This document shows positions 49,542-61,779 of a stretch of 64,000 nucleotides of DNA, piece after piece. Below the pieces are notes generated by a model. It ran no database searches, was not told the DNA's origin, and was given only the letters and a program-made list of their open reading frames with translations. The first letter of the stretch is position 1; each line of letters starts with the position of its first letter. Source of the DNA: Squalus acanthias. Taxonomy: Eukaryota. The stretch covers positions 42,720,001 through 42,784,000 of the forward strand of contig CM059432.1 of assembly GCA_030390025.1 (NCBI GenBank), given 5' to 3'. The position numbers were made by a program, and so were the translations under genes.

Positions 49542-49835
49542 GGCCCCTGCCATTGCTACAAACACGAATCAACCCAGCACGCAACCCCTAAGCCGGCCAA
49601 GGCACCAATAATTCCAACCACCAGCCATGTATATTTTGAATACAGAAACTTATTTATTTTACAAACTCTGTGTGTGTCAATTCCTCATGACAAACTCATA
49701 GAAATAAACACAAAAAAACAGTCAATAACATAACTGGTTCTCACAACCTGGAGATAATGTCCAAAACACTAAACAAAAGTTGGGCCATGAACCTCGGCCT
49801 TTAATAAAAAAATGACCAGCATTTTGGCACACCTC

Positions 49836-50815
49836 CTACATTTTGCCCTTCGAGGGTGATCTCCTTCCCTTGCGCACTTCCCCCCTTCTAACCCTACTGC
49901 TCCTCCGTAATGGGACCTCAGTGGCTGCAGCAAGGCTGGTGGAAGGCTGCTGCTCGTCAGACCCTGACACTGCAGATGCACCTGAAGGACGGCCTCGACC
50001 ACTTCTGGGCCTGGAGGGCCCGGCTGCAGACTGCACCAACTCTGCATGGGCGGCAGCAGTCTGTCCTACAGGCGGTGGCAAGTGCAGTGGAGAAGTGACA
50101 GTGTTGGCAGCAGGAATGCTGTCATCGTGAGAGAGGACAGCAACTCCCTGCTCGCCCGACACACTGGCACTCCCACGGGGCAGCACTTCAGCATCCGGAG
50201 CAATTTGCCGGAGAACAGATTGCTGGCCTGCTGCGGCGCGGTGACAGCCCCGGGGACATGTGCACGAACCATCGAGGATGGCAGCAGTCAGTGCTCGCGT
50301 GGCCTCAATCTGAGTCTGCATGAGAGCAGTCTCAGATGGGTTCCTGGCAGTCAGTGACTGAATTGCAGCACTAAGCTTTAGTGTGGCATCCGCCTGTGCT
50401 ACAGCGAAGTGCTCCACACTCCTTGCCAGTGCCTCAATGCATTCGGGCACCCTTCCCACTGCACCCATGAGCTCAGTGTGCATGCCCACCGCCTGGCTGT
50501 TCATTTCTGCAATCAGCCGCTCCTCCTCTGCGTCCATTGCAGTAGGAGTGTCTGGCATACTCTCCCTCTGGGGAGAAGGCTCCCGTTCTTCCCTCCCCCC
50601 CCCATGGCGTTGCTGCAGCCCGCTGGGCCCTGGAGCTTCACCATCATCAGCCCCTTCCCCCCTGCTCCCCTCCGGGGAAGGCGTGTTCCCAGTGTGGCCA
50701 TGGGCTTCCTCGGGAGAGGGTGGCACTGATGCTCCGGCTTCCTCTTCCTCCTCAGCTGCAGCATCACTCCCAGTGGCAGCTTCAGGGCCCGTCTCCTCAG
50801 CTGGTGAATCACCAT
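49836..50815 (-). CDS. Myb/SANT-like protein, exon 3 (low-complexity region, coiled-coil-like segment, basic C-terminus)
   Basis: Acceptor ctccctgctttcag|AT. Phase 1 joins the frame of ORF 49836..50726. The three exons total 1380 nt, or 459 aa plus stop. Confidence 0.8.
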
Positions 50816-50974
50816 CTGAAAGCAGGGAGGTACAAGAGTGGCTTTAGCGTGAGGACAGGGTGGCAGTAAGGGAGGAATAAGTGCAGCGAGTTAGCAAGTT
50901 GGATTGAAAGTGTCAAAGGCTGGTATTGTGAGGGACAAGTGGAAGGACAGAGGACAAAAAGGTGATGACCTTAC

Positions 50975-51137
50975 CATTGCTGTCCAGAACAGGGTCGGCG
51001 TCCCCAGTGGCGACGGGACCGATCACCCGGCTTGCCACAATCCTGTGGACGCGCTCCTCCAGATCGCTGAGGGGTTGCAGCTGAAGCCGCCCTGCACCCG
51101 TCCGTTGCTGCTGTCTCCGATTATGAGCCAGCTTAGC
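50975..51137 (-). CDS. Myb/SANT-like protein, exon 2
   Basis: Acceptor tttttcttgcag|GCT, translation AKLAHNRRQQQRTGAG...LSDLEERV, donor G|GTAAGG. 163 nt. Confidence 0.85.
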
Positions 51138-51421
51138 CTGCAAGAAAAAGGACAGCATCTGAGTAAATATACAGCCATGGTCTTGCCTGATGTGCCTCCC
51201 ATAGGTGAATAGCCCTTACAATATGCAGCCATGGTCTTGCCTGATGTGCCTCCCATAGGTGAATAGCCCTTACTGTATGCAAAGTGTGGAATGTGTGTGT
51301 GTGTTTGATGAAAGGGCCATAGGTGTTGGATGAGTGTTGTGCATTGGGGTTTTAAGACCCTCTGGCCATAGAGTGAGGTTGAGATGGAGGGATGGAGAGG
51401 TATTGAGAAAAAGCCACTCAC

Positions 51422-51658
51422 CCTGACGACCCGAGTGAGGTCGTTGAATTTTTTGCGGCACTGAACATGGGTCCTGGGCACCATGCTCCTGGAGGAGACG
51501 CTCTGAGCCACCTCCCTCCACACTCTTCTGAACTCGCGTGGCAAAGGCCTCCTGCCACTCTCCGGGAACAGCATGCATCGTCTGCGCTCCACTGCGTCAA
51601 CCAGAGCATCCAAGGCCCGCTCGGTGAAGCGATGAGCGCGTTCTCTCACCCTCTCCAT
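51422..51658 (-). CDS. Harbinger Myb/SANT-like DNA-binding protein, exon 1
   Basis: MERVRERAHRFTERALDALVDAVERRRCMLF...WREVAQSV...RTHVQCRKKFNDL (trihelix domain). Donor AGG|GTGAGT, 237 nt, phase 0. Confidence 0.9.
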
Positions 51659-52039
51659 GCTTGGCAGCAAAATGGATTACAGGTCTCTCCAGGCTGAGAT
51701 TCAAGGCTGCAATGAGCAGGGTGTGGCTGGGGAGCAAGTGCCCCCCCCGCTTTAAGAAGTGTCCGGCGCCAGTGTGTCTGTGTTCCCTCGCTAACTGGCA
51801 GCAGCTGTGCTGCGCTCGCGCGCTGAGGTAGCGCCTCACTCCTAGGCCTTTGCGCCTTAAGAGAGGAGTGCAGCGCCTGCTTTAGCGCTCCACTCACCTC
51901 CCGGGGCGGTAAAAGTGAAGTTTCCTGTCAGTGCCGATAATTAGCGCCAGGCGCTAATATTTGCGCTCGGACGATATTTGCGCCCCAAATGGGGCGTGAC
52001 CTAATTTCTACCCCTATGACTCAAAAAGAAATGCCAAAA

Positions 52040-53190
52040 GTGGGGGTGTATACTGTATATGGTCACAAAAATAAAAAGCATTAGCAAAACAGTCAAGGAC
52101 AGTGGCTTAAAGTGCAGTGCATGAATTAAACCGGTAAAACTAAAACAACATACGGCAAAAACAATAACGATAAAAGTGAAAACCCTTTTAGACTCTCAAA
52201 TTCATAACCATTATCAAATTTGTTGGTGTCATCTAAGTTGTGCCCAGTGTCCGTACAGTAACTGTCAAAGTCTTGTATTTGGACAGAGGCTCAAGTTCCT
52301 CCAGCAGATCATCATCTTCACTCCCATGTATGCATCATTTTGTAAAGCCATTCCCATTCTGTATTCTGTGGATCCATGCATCCACTATCCACTGCAGGTT
52401 TGCTGCATAGTTCAAATTTGTGTATAACCTCGAGCAGTGAAGGTGTATATGCCATTATTCATCCATTTATTCTATTGCATTTTCAGAGCGACCTTCACCA
52501 TTGCTCACCACTATACCCTGCTACTGTAACATTTGCCCCATTCATCCAGGAATCACTGTTGGATGACTTATGTTTCTTTATAGCTCCTTCCTGACAGTAG
52601 GCATTTGAATGAATTCAGGACAAGTAATGAACATTTACTATTAATCAGACCACCAGGTCCAATCCAGCATCAGGCTCTCATCCATCCATTCTCCCCTTGG
52701 ATATGAGCACCCCATGGAAATTTTACTGTAGATAACTTGGTTCTGGCCATCAAACAGCAAGCATTATAGCAAACCAAGACTTGGCCTAGCCAATGGTATT
52801 GCTGGAACTTGATTCAGCCGCTTTTCAGCAGCTGAACAGTTGTATGGCACGTCAAACGTGAGTGGAATCTGATCAGCATTTCCAATATACAGCTGTTCAA
52901 AACTGTTTTTTTTGATCTGCTCCAATATGAAGAAATGAAATTAAGTTAGTTTATCGTCAAGGTCAGCAAGAAGTTCCTGTGCAGGCGTAGTGCACTGCCT
53001 AATAGATAGGTCATTCTGCCACAAGATCTTTCCATCAGCTTCTGGATGTGTGAAAACAGTATGCCCTTCCTTTTAGCCAGAGAAATACCTTTAGCTATAA
53101 CTTCAGGAATGCTAACCCCAAAACATTTTTCCCTTAACCCTGCCTCCTCCCGCCATTGACCAAACTTGCCAGCTTTCCTCCAACTCAAGG
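52040..53190 (-). pseudogene. Heavily degraded pogo/Tigger-type (DDE_1) transposase relic
   Basis: Minus-strand fragments read GWMDESLMLDW, SLLVLNSFKC, VIPG, NKWMNNGIYTFTARG, QWIVDAW and GSEDD, in the order expected for pogo-family transposases. Confidence 0.6.
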
Positions 53191-53677
53191 TGTTGACTGT
53201 CCATGCTCACTCAACATTACAGAAAACACTGAAAGCTACTGGATAGGTACAGAAAATAATTTAAAAGGCTAATGGAATGATGGCCTTTAGCTCAAGTGGC
53301 TGGAATACAAAGGGATGGGAGTTGTGTTACAGTGGTACAGAGCTCTAGTTAAACCCCTTCTGGAAAACTGCATTCAGTTCCGGGCGCGAGGAAGGATATG
53401 TTGGCCTTGGAGGGGCTGCAGTGCAGATTCACCAGAATTATACTGGGATAAAAGGGTTAAGTTATGAGGACAGATTGCATAGACTAGGCTTGTATTCCAC
53501 TGAATATGGAAGATTAGGGGGTGATCAAATTGAAGAGTTTAAGATGATTAAACGAGTTAAATGAGCAATTATTTTCTCTGGCGGAGGAGTCCAGAACAAG
53601 GGGCATAATCTTAAAATTAGAGCTAGGCTGTTCGGGATGATGTCCGGAAGCACTTCTTCACACAAAGGGTAGTGGTA

Positions 53678-56600
53678 ATAAGAACATAAGAAATAGGAGC
53701 AGGAACAGGCTACTTGGCCCCTCGAGCCTGCTCCGCCATTCAATAAGATCATGGCTGATCTTGGGCTCAAAACCACTTCCCTGCCCACTCCCCATAACCC
53801 TTCACTCCCTTATCTTGCAAAAATCTGTCTATCTCCACCTTAAATGTATTTAATGACCCAGCCTCCACGGCTCTCTGGGGCAGAGAATTCCACAGATTTA
53901 CGACCCTCTGAGAGAAGAAATTCCTCCTCATCTCAGTTCTAAAAGGGCGACCCTTTATTCTGAAACTATGCCTCTGAGTTTTAGATTTCCCCACGAGGGG
54001 AAACATCCTCTCTGCATCTACCTTGTCGAGCCCTCTCAGTATCTTATATGTTTCAATAAGATCACCTCTCATTCTTCTAAATTCCAATGAGTATAGGCCC
54101 AACCTGCTCAACCTTTCTTCATAAGTCAACCCCTTCATCTCAGGAATCAACCGAGTGAATCGTCTTTGAACTGCCTCCAATGCAAGTATATCCTTCCTTA
54201 AATAAGGAGACCAAAACTGTACGCAGTACTCAAGGTGTGGTCTCACCAATATCCTGTACAGTTGTAGCAGGACTTCCCTGCTTTTATATTCCAACCCCCT
54301 TGCAATAAAGGCCAACATTCCATTTGCCTTTTTGATTACTTGCTGTACCTGCATGCTAACTTTTTGTGTTTCATGCACAAGGACCCCCAGGTCCCTCTGA
54401 ACTGTAGCATTTTGTAATCTCTCCATTTAAATAATTTGCTTTTTTATTTTTCCTGTCAAAGTGTATAACCTCGCACTTTCCCACATTATACTCCATCTGC
54501 CAAATGTTTGCCCACTCACTTAGCCTGTCTATATCCCTTTGCAGATTCTTTGAGTCCTCTGCACAACTTGCTTTCCCACCCATCTTTGTATCATCCGCAA
54601 ACTTGGCTACGCTACACTCGGTCCCTTCATCCAAGTCATTAATGTAGATTGTAAATAGTTGAGGCCCCAGCACCGATCCCTGTGCCATCCCACTAGTTAC
54701 CGTTTGCCAACCGGAAAATTACCCATTTATCCCGGCTCTCTGCTTTCTGTTAGTTAGCCAATTCTCTATCCATGCTAATATATTACCCCCAACTCCGTGA
54801 GCTCTTATCTTATGCAGTAACCTTTTATGTGGCACCTTATCGAATGCCTTCTGGAAATCCAAATACACCACATCCACTGGCTCACCCTTATCCACGCTGC
54901 TAGTTACATCCTCAAAGAACTCCAGCAAATTTGTTAAACATGATTTCCCTTTCATAAAACCATGCTGACTCTGCTTGACTGCATTATGATTTTCCAAATG
55001 CCCTGCTACTGCTTCCTTAATGAAGGATTCCAGCATTTTCCCAACAACAGATGTTAGGCTAACTGGTCTATAGTTTCCTGCTTTCTGTCTCCCTCCTTTC
55101 TTAAATAGGGGTGTTACATTTGCAGTTTTCCAATCCACTGGGACCTCTCCAGAGTCCAGGGAATTTTGGTATATTGCAACTAATGCATCCACTATCTCTG
55201 CAGCCACTTCTTTTAAGACCCTGGGATGCAGGCCATCTGGACATGGGGATTTGTCACCTTTTAGTCCCATTATTTTACCAAGTACTTTTTCCTTATTGAG
55301 AGTGATTGTCTTTAGTTCCCCCCTCCCTGTGGCCCCTTGATTATCCATTATTGGGATGTTGTTAGTGTCTTCTACCTTGAAGACAGATACAAAATATTTG
55401 TTCAGAGTCTCTGCCATTTCCCCGTTCCCTTTCCCCGTTCCCTATTATTAATTCCCCATTCTCATCCTCTAAGGGACCAACGTTTACTTTAGCTACTCTC
55501 TTCCTTTTTATATACCTGTAGAAGCTTTTACTTTCTGTTTTAATATTTCTTGCCAGTTTACTCTCATAATTCATCTCTTTTTTAGTTATCCTTTGCTGCT
55601 TTTTAAAAATTTCCCAATCCTCTGGCCTCCCACCAATCTTGGCAACATTGTATGCCTTCGTTTTCAATTTGATACCATCCTTTACTTCCTTAGTTAGCCA
55701 CGGATAGTGCTCCCTTCTCTTAAAATCTTTCTTTCTCACTGGAATATATTTTTGTTGAGAGTTATGAAATATCTCCTTAAACGTCCGCCACTGCATTTCA
55801 ACTGTCTTACCCTTTAATTTATTTTTCCAGTCCACTTTAGCCAGTTCTGTCCTCATGCCATTGTAATTGCCTTTGTTTAAGATCAGGACACTGGTTTGAG
55901 ATACAACTTTCTCACCCTCCAACTGAATTTGAAATTCAAACATGTTATGATCACTCTTTCCTAGAGGATCCTTTACTATGAGATCATTTATTAATTCTGT
56001 CTCATTACACCGTACCAGATCCAAGATAGCCTGCTCCCTGGTTGGTTCCATTACATACTGTTCTAGGAAACCATCCCGGATGCACTCTATGAACTCCTCC
56101 TCAAGGCTACCATGGCCAATTTGATTTGTCCAATCAATATGGAGATTAAAATCACCCATGATTATTACCGTACCTTTTTTACAGACCTATTATTTGTTGA
56201 TTTATACTCTGTCCAACAGTATTGCTACTGTTCAGGGGCCTGTAGACTACGCCCACCAGAGACTTTTTCCCCTTATTATTTTTTATCTCCACCCAAACCA
56301 ATTCTACATCTTGATCTTCTGAGCCAATATCACTTCTCACCACTGCACTGATCCCATCCTTTCCCAACAAAGCCACCCCACCTCCCTTTTCTTTCTGTCT
56401 ATCCTTCCGAATTGTCAAATACCCTGGAATATTCAATTCCCAGCCCTGGTCACCTTGCAACCACGTCTCTGTAATGGCGATCAGATCATACCCATTTGTA
56501 TCTATTTGTGCCGTCAACTCATCTATCTTGTTACGAATGCTGCGTGCATTCAGATATAGAGCTTTTACCTTTGTCTTGTTACCATTTCTCCTTGTTTTGG

Positions 56601-57102
56601 CCCCATTTTCTGTTGCACTCTTATTTTTAAACATTCTGTCCCTTCCTGTCACACTCTGGTTATTATTTCCCCCATCTCTATCCTGCTCTATTGTTTTCTC
56701 ATTTCTCATTGACTTTTTAAATTCTCGCTCACCTGGACCCTCCCCCCACTGTTTAGTTTAAAGCCCTCTCTACAGCCCTAGTTATTCGATTCGCCTGGAC
56801 TCTAGCCCCAGCATGGTTCAAGTGAAGCCCGTCCAAATGATACAGCTCCCTCTTATCCCAGTACTGGTGCCATTGCCCCACAAATCGAAACCCATTTCTC
56901 CCACACCAGTCTTTGAGCCACTCATTCATTTCTCTGATCTTATTTACCCTATGCAAATTTGCTCGTGGCTCAGATAGTAATCCAGAGATTATTACCTTTG
57001 TGGTTCTGCTTTTTAATTTTGCCCCTAGCTTCTCATACTCCCTCAGCAGAACCTCTTTCTTTGTCCTACCTATGTCATTGGTACCTACGTGGACCATGAC
57101 AA
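53678..57102 (-). mobile_element. Near-full-length CR1: ORF1 3' part plus frameshifted ORF2
   Basis: Colinear ORFs 56179..56709, 55362..56159, 54719..55417, 54371..54688 and 53767..54426. Tail at 53678-53700. Confidence 0.95.
56753..57097 (-). CDS. CR1 ORF1 C-terminal SGNH/GDSL esterase domain (5'-truncated)
   Basis: VHVGTNDIG and DGLHLN esterase blocks immediately upstream of ORF2. Confidence 0.85.
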   Translation of the reverse strand: MVHVGTNDIGRTKKEVLLREYEKLGAKLKSRTTKVIISGLLSEPRANLHRVNKIREMNEWLKDWCGRNGFRFVGQWHQYWDKRELYHLDGLHLNHAGARVQANRITRAVERALN

Positions 57103-59363
57103 CTGAACTCTTGCCCCCAAAAAGCTGTTGGGGCTAGATCAATTGACAGTGTCAAAACTGAGATTGATAGATTTTTGTTAGGCGAGCATAGTAAGGGTTA
57201 CGGAACCAAGGTGGGTAGATGGAGTTAAGATACAGATCAGCCATGATCTAATTGAATGGCGGGACAGCCTCGAGGGATTGAATGGTCTACTCCTGTTCCT
57301 ATGTTCGTAATTTTTTTTAGGGATTCTCTTCAGTTGCTTTTTTAATCTAGCCAAAGTCACACATTAACTTTTTAATTAGCATTAATTAATTCACCTGGAA
57401 CTCACACCCAACGTCTCTGTTGCTATGGACCTAAAAGTACTGAATAATCTTAAACTTTGCTGCTGTTATGTATTTCTTGCAAGGGCATTTGATTGCATAA
57501 TTTAATTTAATTTTCATGGTTACAGTCATCTTTTTTAACAGTTAGCAAGGGGGCTTTATTATACACAAGTACCACAATTTTCTGAAAATTTGTGTTCTAA
57601 AGTGGGCTCAGAGTGTATTATAGACGGGGCATATTATACTCAAATACAGTACTTATGTTTGATTGTTAGCCGAGATTGGGATTTGTACCTGAGGCATTAT
57701 TAATTATTTTTATATTTATATTTTTACATAGAAGTCCTTTAGCTTCATGTCTACTGTGGAGTAGGAACCTGGGGTTTGACAAAATTGTGAAAAGTGACCC
57801 TGAAAGTTGTCAGAAATGGAGTGTAGAATGTGTGGTTTGGCTCACTTTCAGATTCATAGCAGCTGTTATCAGTGAGGGAAGGGGAAGGCCATTGGCCTTA
57901 CAACATTAGTTGAGTGGGGGGGAGGGGCAGTTCTCGCAGCACTGGTTTATAAATTTGAAAGTGATCTCTCTTGGAAGCAATGAGTCTGGCATTTTGTGGG
58001 GGGTGGGGGCGTGGTGTGGCGGGGGGGTGGGGGCGTGGTGTGGCGGGGGGTGGGAGCGCGGGGCGTGGCGTGGAGGCGGTAAGTGAAAGTTGTAAAAATC
58101 TAAAATCCAACTCCAACCCATCCACTTTCACCTTTTACTCCAGCGGAATGGGAGGCGGGCAGCCAACCTGCTGTCAGGAGGCGGGTTGGCATTCTAAATA
58201 TTATAATGAGGCTTGAAGCCTCTGCTTTAACCTACTGTGCATTCCATAATTAGACTATCTTAAATGTTACTGATGATGCTTCCTGGGAAATTGTGCACAT
58301 TGACGTGCTTAGACTGAAGTATCTGCCTTCAACTATCCCCGTCACCACTCTGAGCAAAAATATCAAGTCCAAGCCCAGGTTTTGAGGAAAGTAAAAACTT
58401 GAATGTATTAAAAGACACAAGATAATTCAGTGGATAAATTTAATGATATTGCAAAATGTATAATTTGGATTTTATTTTGGACATTAGAAATTTCAATCAC
58501 TGCGAAAAAATGGCAGATAACTTTTTTCAAATTATTTTGAGTTATTTTAAGTGATACGATTAATTTGGTGAAAAGTTTATGGAGATGATTTTCGGATGTC
58601 TACCACCCCTTTATGCTGCAAAATGGGACGATAGGCAAACGGACATAAAAATCCCTGCCCAAGGCCTCTCTGACTCGATTTTTGAGTGGGCCTTGAAATG
58701 GACGTCTAGCGTTCCCGTCCAAAACAGGAATAAGCCTTATTTAAATATTTAAGTCAAGGTTCCAAGGCTGTTGTAGGACTCCCAACGCGATTTTCATGGA
58801 TTGATGTGTGCTCCATGCGCCACGCACACCCCACTTTTTGGTCCCTAGTAAGGAGCAGCCTAACCAATGGTTTTTATAAATTTTATTTTTGTAGCGCCAA
58901 GAGAAACAGGATTTCTATTACAAATGTTTATATAAGAGTTTTCATTCTTAAGTGTTGATACAAAAGTTGTGACTCAAAATTATGGCAAAGAAAGAAGTTT
59001 GTCTACAGGAAGTGTATACCATACACAAGAATTTTAATCATATACAGATAGATATATAGACATATTTAAAAATTAAGTGATACTGTACTATGTGGAAGTT
59101 AAATGGCGGAAATATACAGTCTTAGGTACTGACATGGGGAGAGTATTATTTGGTTTGTGGTCTGTGGAACTGTGGTTGCATTATGTGGTGACTGTTTTGA
59201 AATGATCAAATACTGCCTCTGTAGAAAGCTTGAGCTAGGACCGTTGAAAAATGGTTTAGACGCAGATGCTATCAAATTGCTGTTGCACCACGAATTCCCA
59301 AGTCAAAAATCTGTACAAACATTTGTAATGCTTCAGAGTTCATAATAACAAATTAATCTCTAA

Positions 59364-59538
59364 CAGGTCATTTTCTGACTTTGCACCCTAAAGGGGGCGC
59401 TGCCTGCTGGTAGCGCACATTGGAAATTCAGGCAGCCAAAAAGATTGGAAAATCATGTGCACTATTTGGCCAAATTCTGATATGCACTTCCAGCAGGTGA
59501 GGTTCCCCGCCAGCAGTTTGAATTCAGAAAATTGCCCC
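59364..59538. mobile_element. Short palindromic Harbinger-type MITE
   Basis: GGTCATTTTCTGA...TCAGAAAATTGCCCC, with inner arms cctgctgg / ccagcagg. Confidence 0.55.
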
Positions 59539-60410
59539 TCTAGTTACACCTATAAGGGATCATTTTTATGACTTTGTGTTACAGCTGGAGAGCCTCGCCC
59601 ACTAGCAGCCTGTGTCAGAAATGTTGGTGCACACGGACAGCATTTTCTGACTGTTAATTTAACATGGTTGGAAACTCATTCACAATACATGGTCAAGGTG
59701 GGCATGACTCTCGCTGCAAGCAGAAAATTGGAATATTGTCACTGTAATGTGTGTTGCAGCGTCAGCTGTGCTCTCTAGTTATGTGCATTGGTTGTATTAT
59801 ATAGTACATGCTATCTAGCCATGTGTTTGTATGAGTAGCATATAGTAGTCAATTTAATATCTCTCTGATTGGTGGTACACGTATTTGTATTTCATTTGCC
59901 CCTGTAATTCCCCATGCAATAACTAGCTGATCTTAGTTTTGAATCAAGAGAAGGCGCCAACTTGAAGGCCAGGTACTCGTTCACATGGAGGTGGAGCTGC
60001 TGGAGTTGTCAGTATAAATTCTTGTTTCTATGTGTGATTATGGCAAAAAGAGCTCTGCTGTTTGCTTGTATTTTAATGGGGATGGTGCTGTAGGCTTTAC
60101 CCACTAGAGGTGCACTTGTACTCGGGGATGATTCCACGATCCAGCACTCCCAGCAGAGAGCAGCGTTTGCAGCGAGCGCATCTTGAGAAATCACAGACAC
60201 AGAACCACGTGCAAAGCATGGAGGTTTTGCTTGTGAAAATGCAAAAAAATCAATCGGGCAATTCATTTTCTTGGACTCCCAACTAATTGTCATAACTGTA
60301 TGTTAAAATGGAAGAGACTGGATTAATGGATGAATAGAGAATGGTCTTAGAAAATTAGGCGCCAGTGTGGAAAATTTTAACTGTGGGTAGGTCACTGGAT
60401 TCGTAACCAC

Positions 60411-60487
60411 TATATGTGTGTGTGTGTGTATGTATGTATGTGTGTATGTGTGTGTGTGTATATATATATATATACACACACATATAA
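60411..60487. repeat. Compound (GT)/(GTAT)/(TA)/(CA) microsatellite
   Basis: Directly visible. Confidence 0.95.
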
Positions 60488-61779
60488 TGAAATTACCAAA
60501 TTATAATAAACCACAGCCAGCTATTAGAGTGTCAGTCAACAGTTGTTTGACATTCAGACAAGTACACTTTCGCTTCATATCATAAAACCTCTGCATTTCT
60601 TTATATAATTTTTTAGCTAGACCAATGTATTGTGAAGGCTAATTCTAATAGCTGCTCTCTGAAAGACATTCATTTATTTTAGATTTAAAGGTGGAGCAAA
60701 TATACAGTATTGGCAAAGATCAGCTGGTGGTGCTGGGGCTGATATAATTACTAGGCTGATGAGATTGAACCAGGCCTTGATCAAAGAAACTAGACTCCAC
60801 TGCAAAGGAAGTGAGGAATATATCTATGCAGCAACCCTAGCATGTTTCATTCACTCAGTTTAACTGTCTTTCAATGTCACAGCACTGAGGAAAATCTCTA
60901 TTTGTTCCCAAACATGGTGCTTCTAGGACAGGGTGCCCATTTCTTCCTTATATCATTTTCCTCCAGTCATATAACCCGCAGGGTTAGCTAGGATTCTAAC
61001 ACCAACAGGCAATATTGGATAAGAGAGCAGGTGTTTGAACAGAGAGCTTTCAGAGAAAGAATGTGCGGGAGGGATTGAAAGAAAGAATATGACATAGGTT
61101 TCCTGCTGGAGTTATGCCAGGGAACCGGCTCACCCCCTTTCCCACCAGAAGTGAGGTGGGTGGCGAACGGTGGTGGGGAGGAGAGCAATACATCTGGACA
61201 TGCATTTATATCATAGCAATGCTGGACACAAGAGACACCTGTTCTCCCTTAGTGTGAAGCGTTGCTATGGGTTTCAGAGTGGCCCTTTAAGTTTTAATTT
61301 TAGAAAAAGCCAATACCGTAGATCGCAGAGCAATTGATTGCATAGGCTTAGGCACTGCTTTTCAAAATTGAATTTTTTTTAACTCTAACTAGCAGCACAG
61401 AGGTATTAATCTGTGGCAGCCAAGCTCACCTTCCAGGCATGTTCCCAGTGGAGACCAAGAAACCTGCAGGGAAAATGTAAATAATCCGCAGACTGGAAAA
61501 AACCCGCTGGGATCTGGGGCTCATCCCTGTGGCAGGTGCAAGTTCCACCATGCCTTATTTCCGCCAGCATAATAGCTAAGCAGAAGATCTAGGCTCCTAA
61601 GAACAAGGCAAAACCAGAGCAAGAAAAAACCATTAGGCCCATCAAGTCTGCTCCAAGCAGACTCCATGTATGATTATTCTATGTTGGATTTACTTCCCAC
61701 TTCACCTGTTAATCTCCGTTTTAGGGAATACTAAATTCCTCCCCCAACCTCCCCTGAAAAAAATTGACTCTTAAATATC

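Larger units (their letters stand above)
47869..52014. mobile_element. Autonomous PIF/Harbinger DNA transposon (4146 bp)
   Basis: TIRs GGGGTAAAAATT / AATTTCTACCCC and TSD TAT (47866-68 and 52015-17). GCGCC/TAGCGC subterminal repeats at both ends. Convergent transposase and Myb/SANT genes. Confidence 0.96.
53210..57308 (+). mobile_element. Old CR1 3' fragment split by a younger antisense CR1
   Basis: 53210-53677 ends cacaaagggtagtggtaat and the element resumes at about 57103 (ctgaactcttgcccccaaaagctg), running to a tail at 57308. Confidence 0.8.

Noticed and set aside
51023..51670. 215-aa single-exon Myb protein as given by the ORF track
   Set aside because: It reads through a consensus donor at 51421 into intron sequence. 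The spliced model restores the typical continuation (KLAHNRRQQQRTGAG).
60100..60116. CTCF-like site CCACTAGAGGTGCAC
   Set aside because: It mismatches the conserved GGC core positions, so it is too weak without ChIP data.
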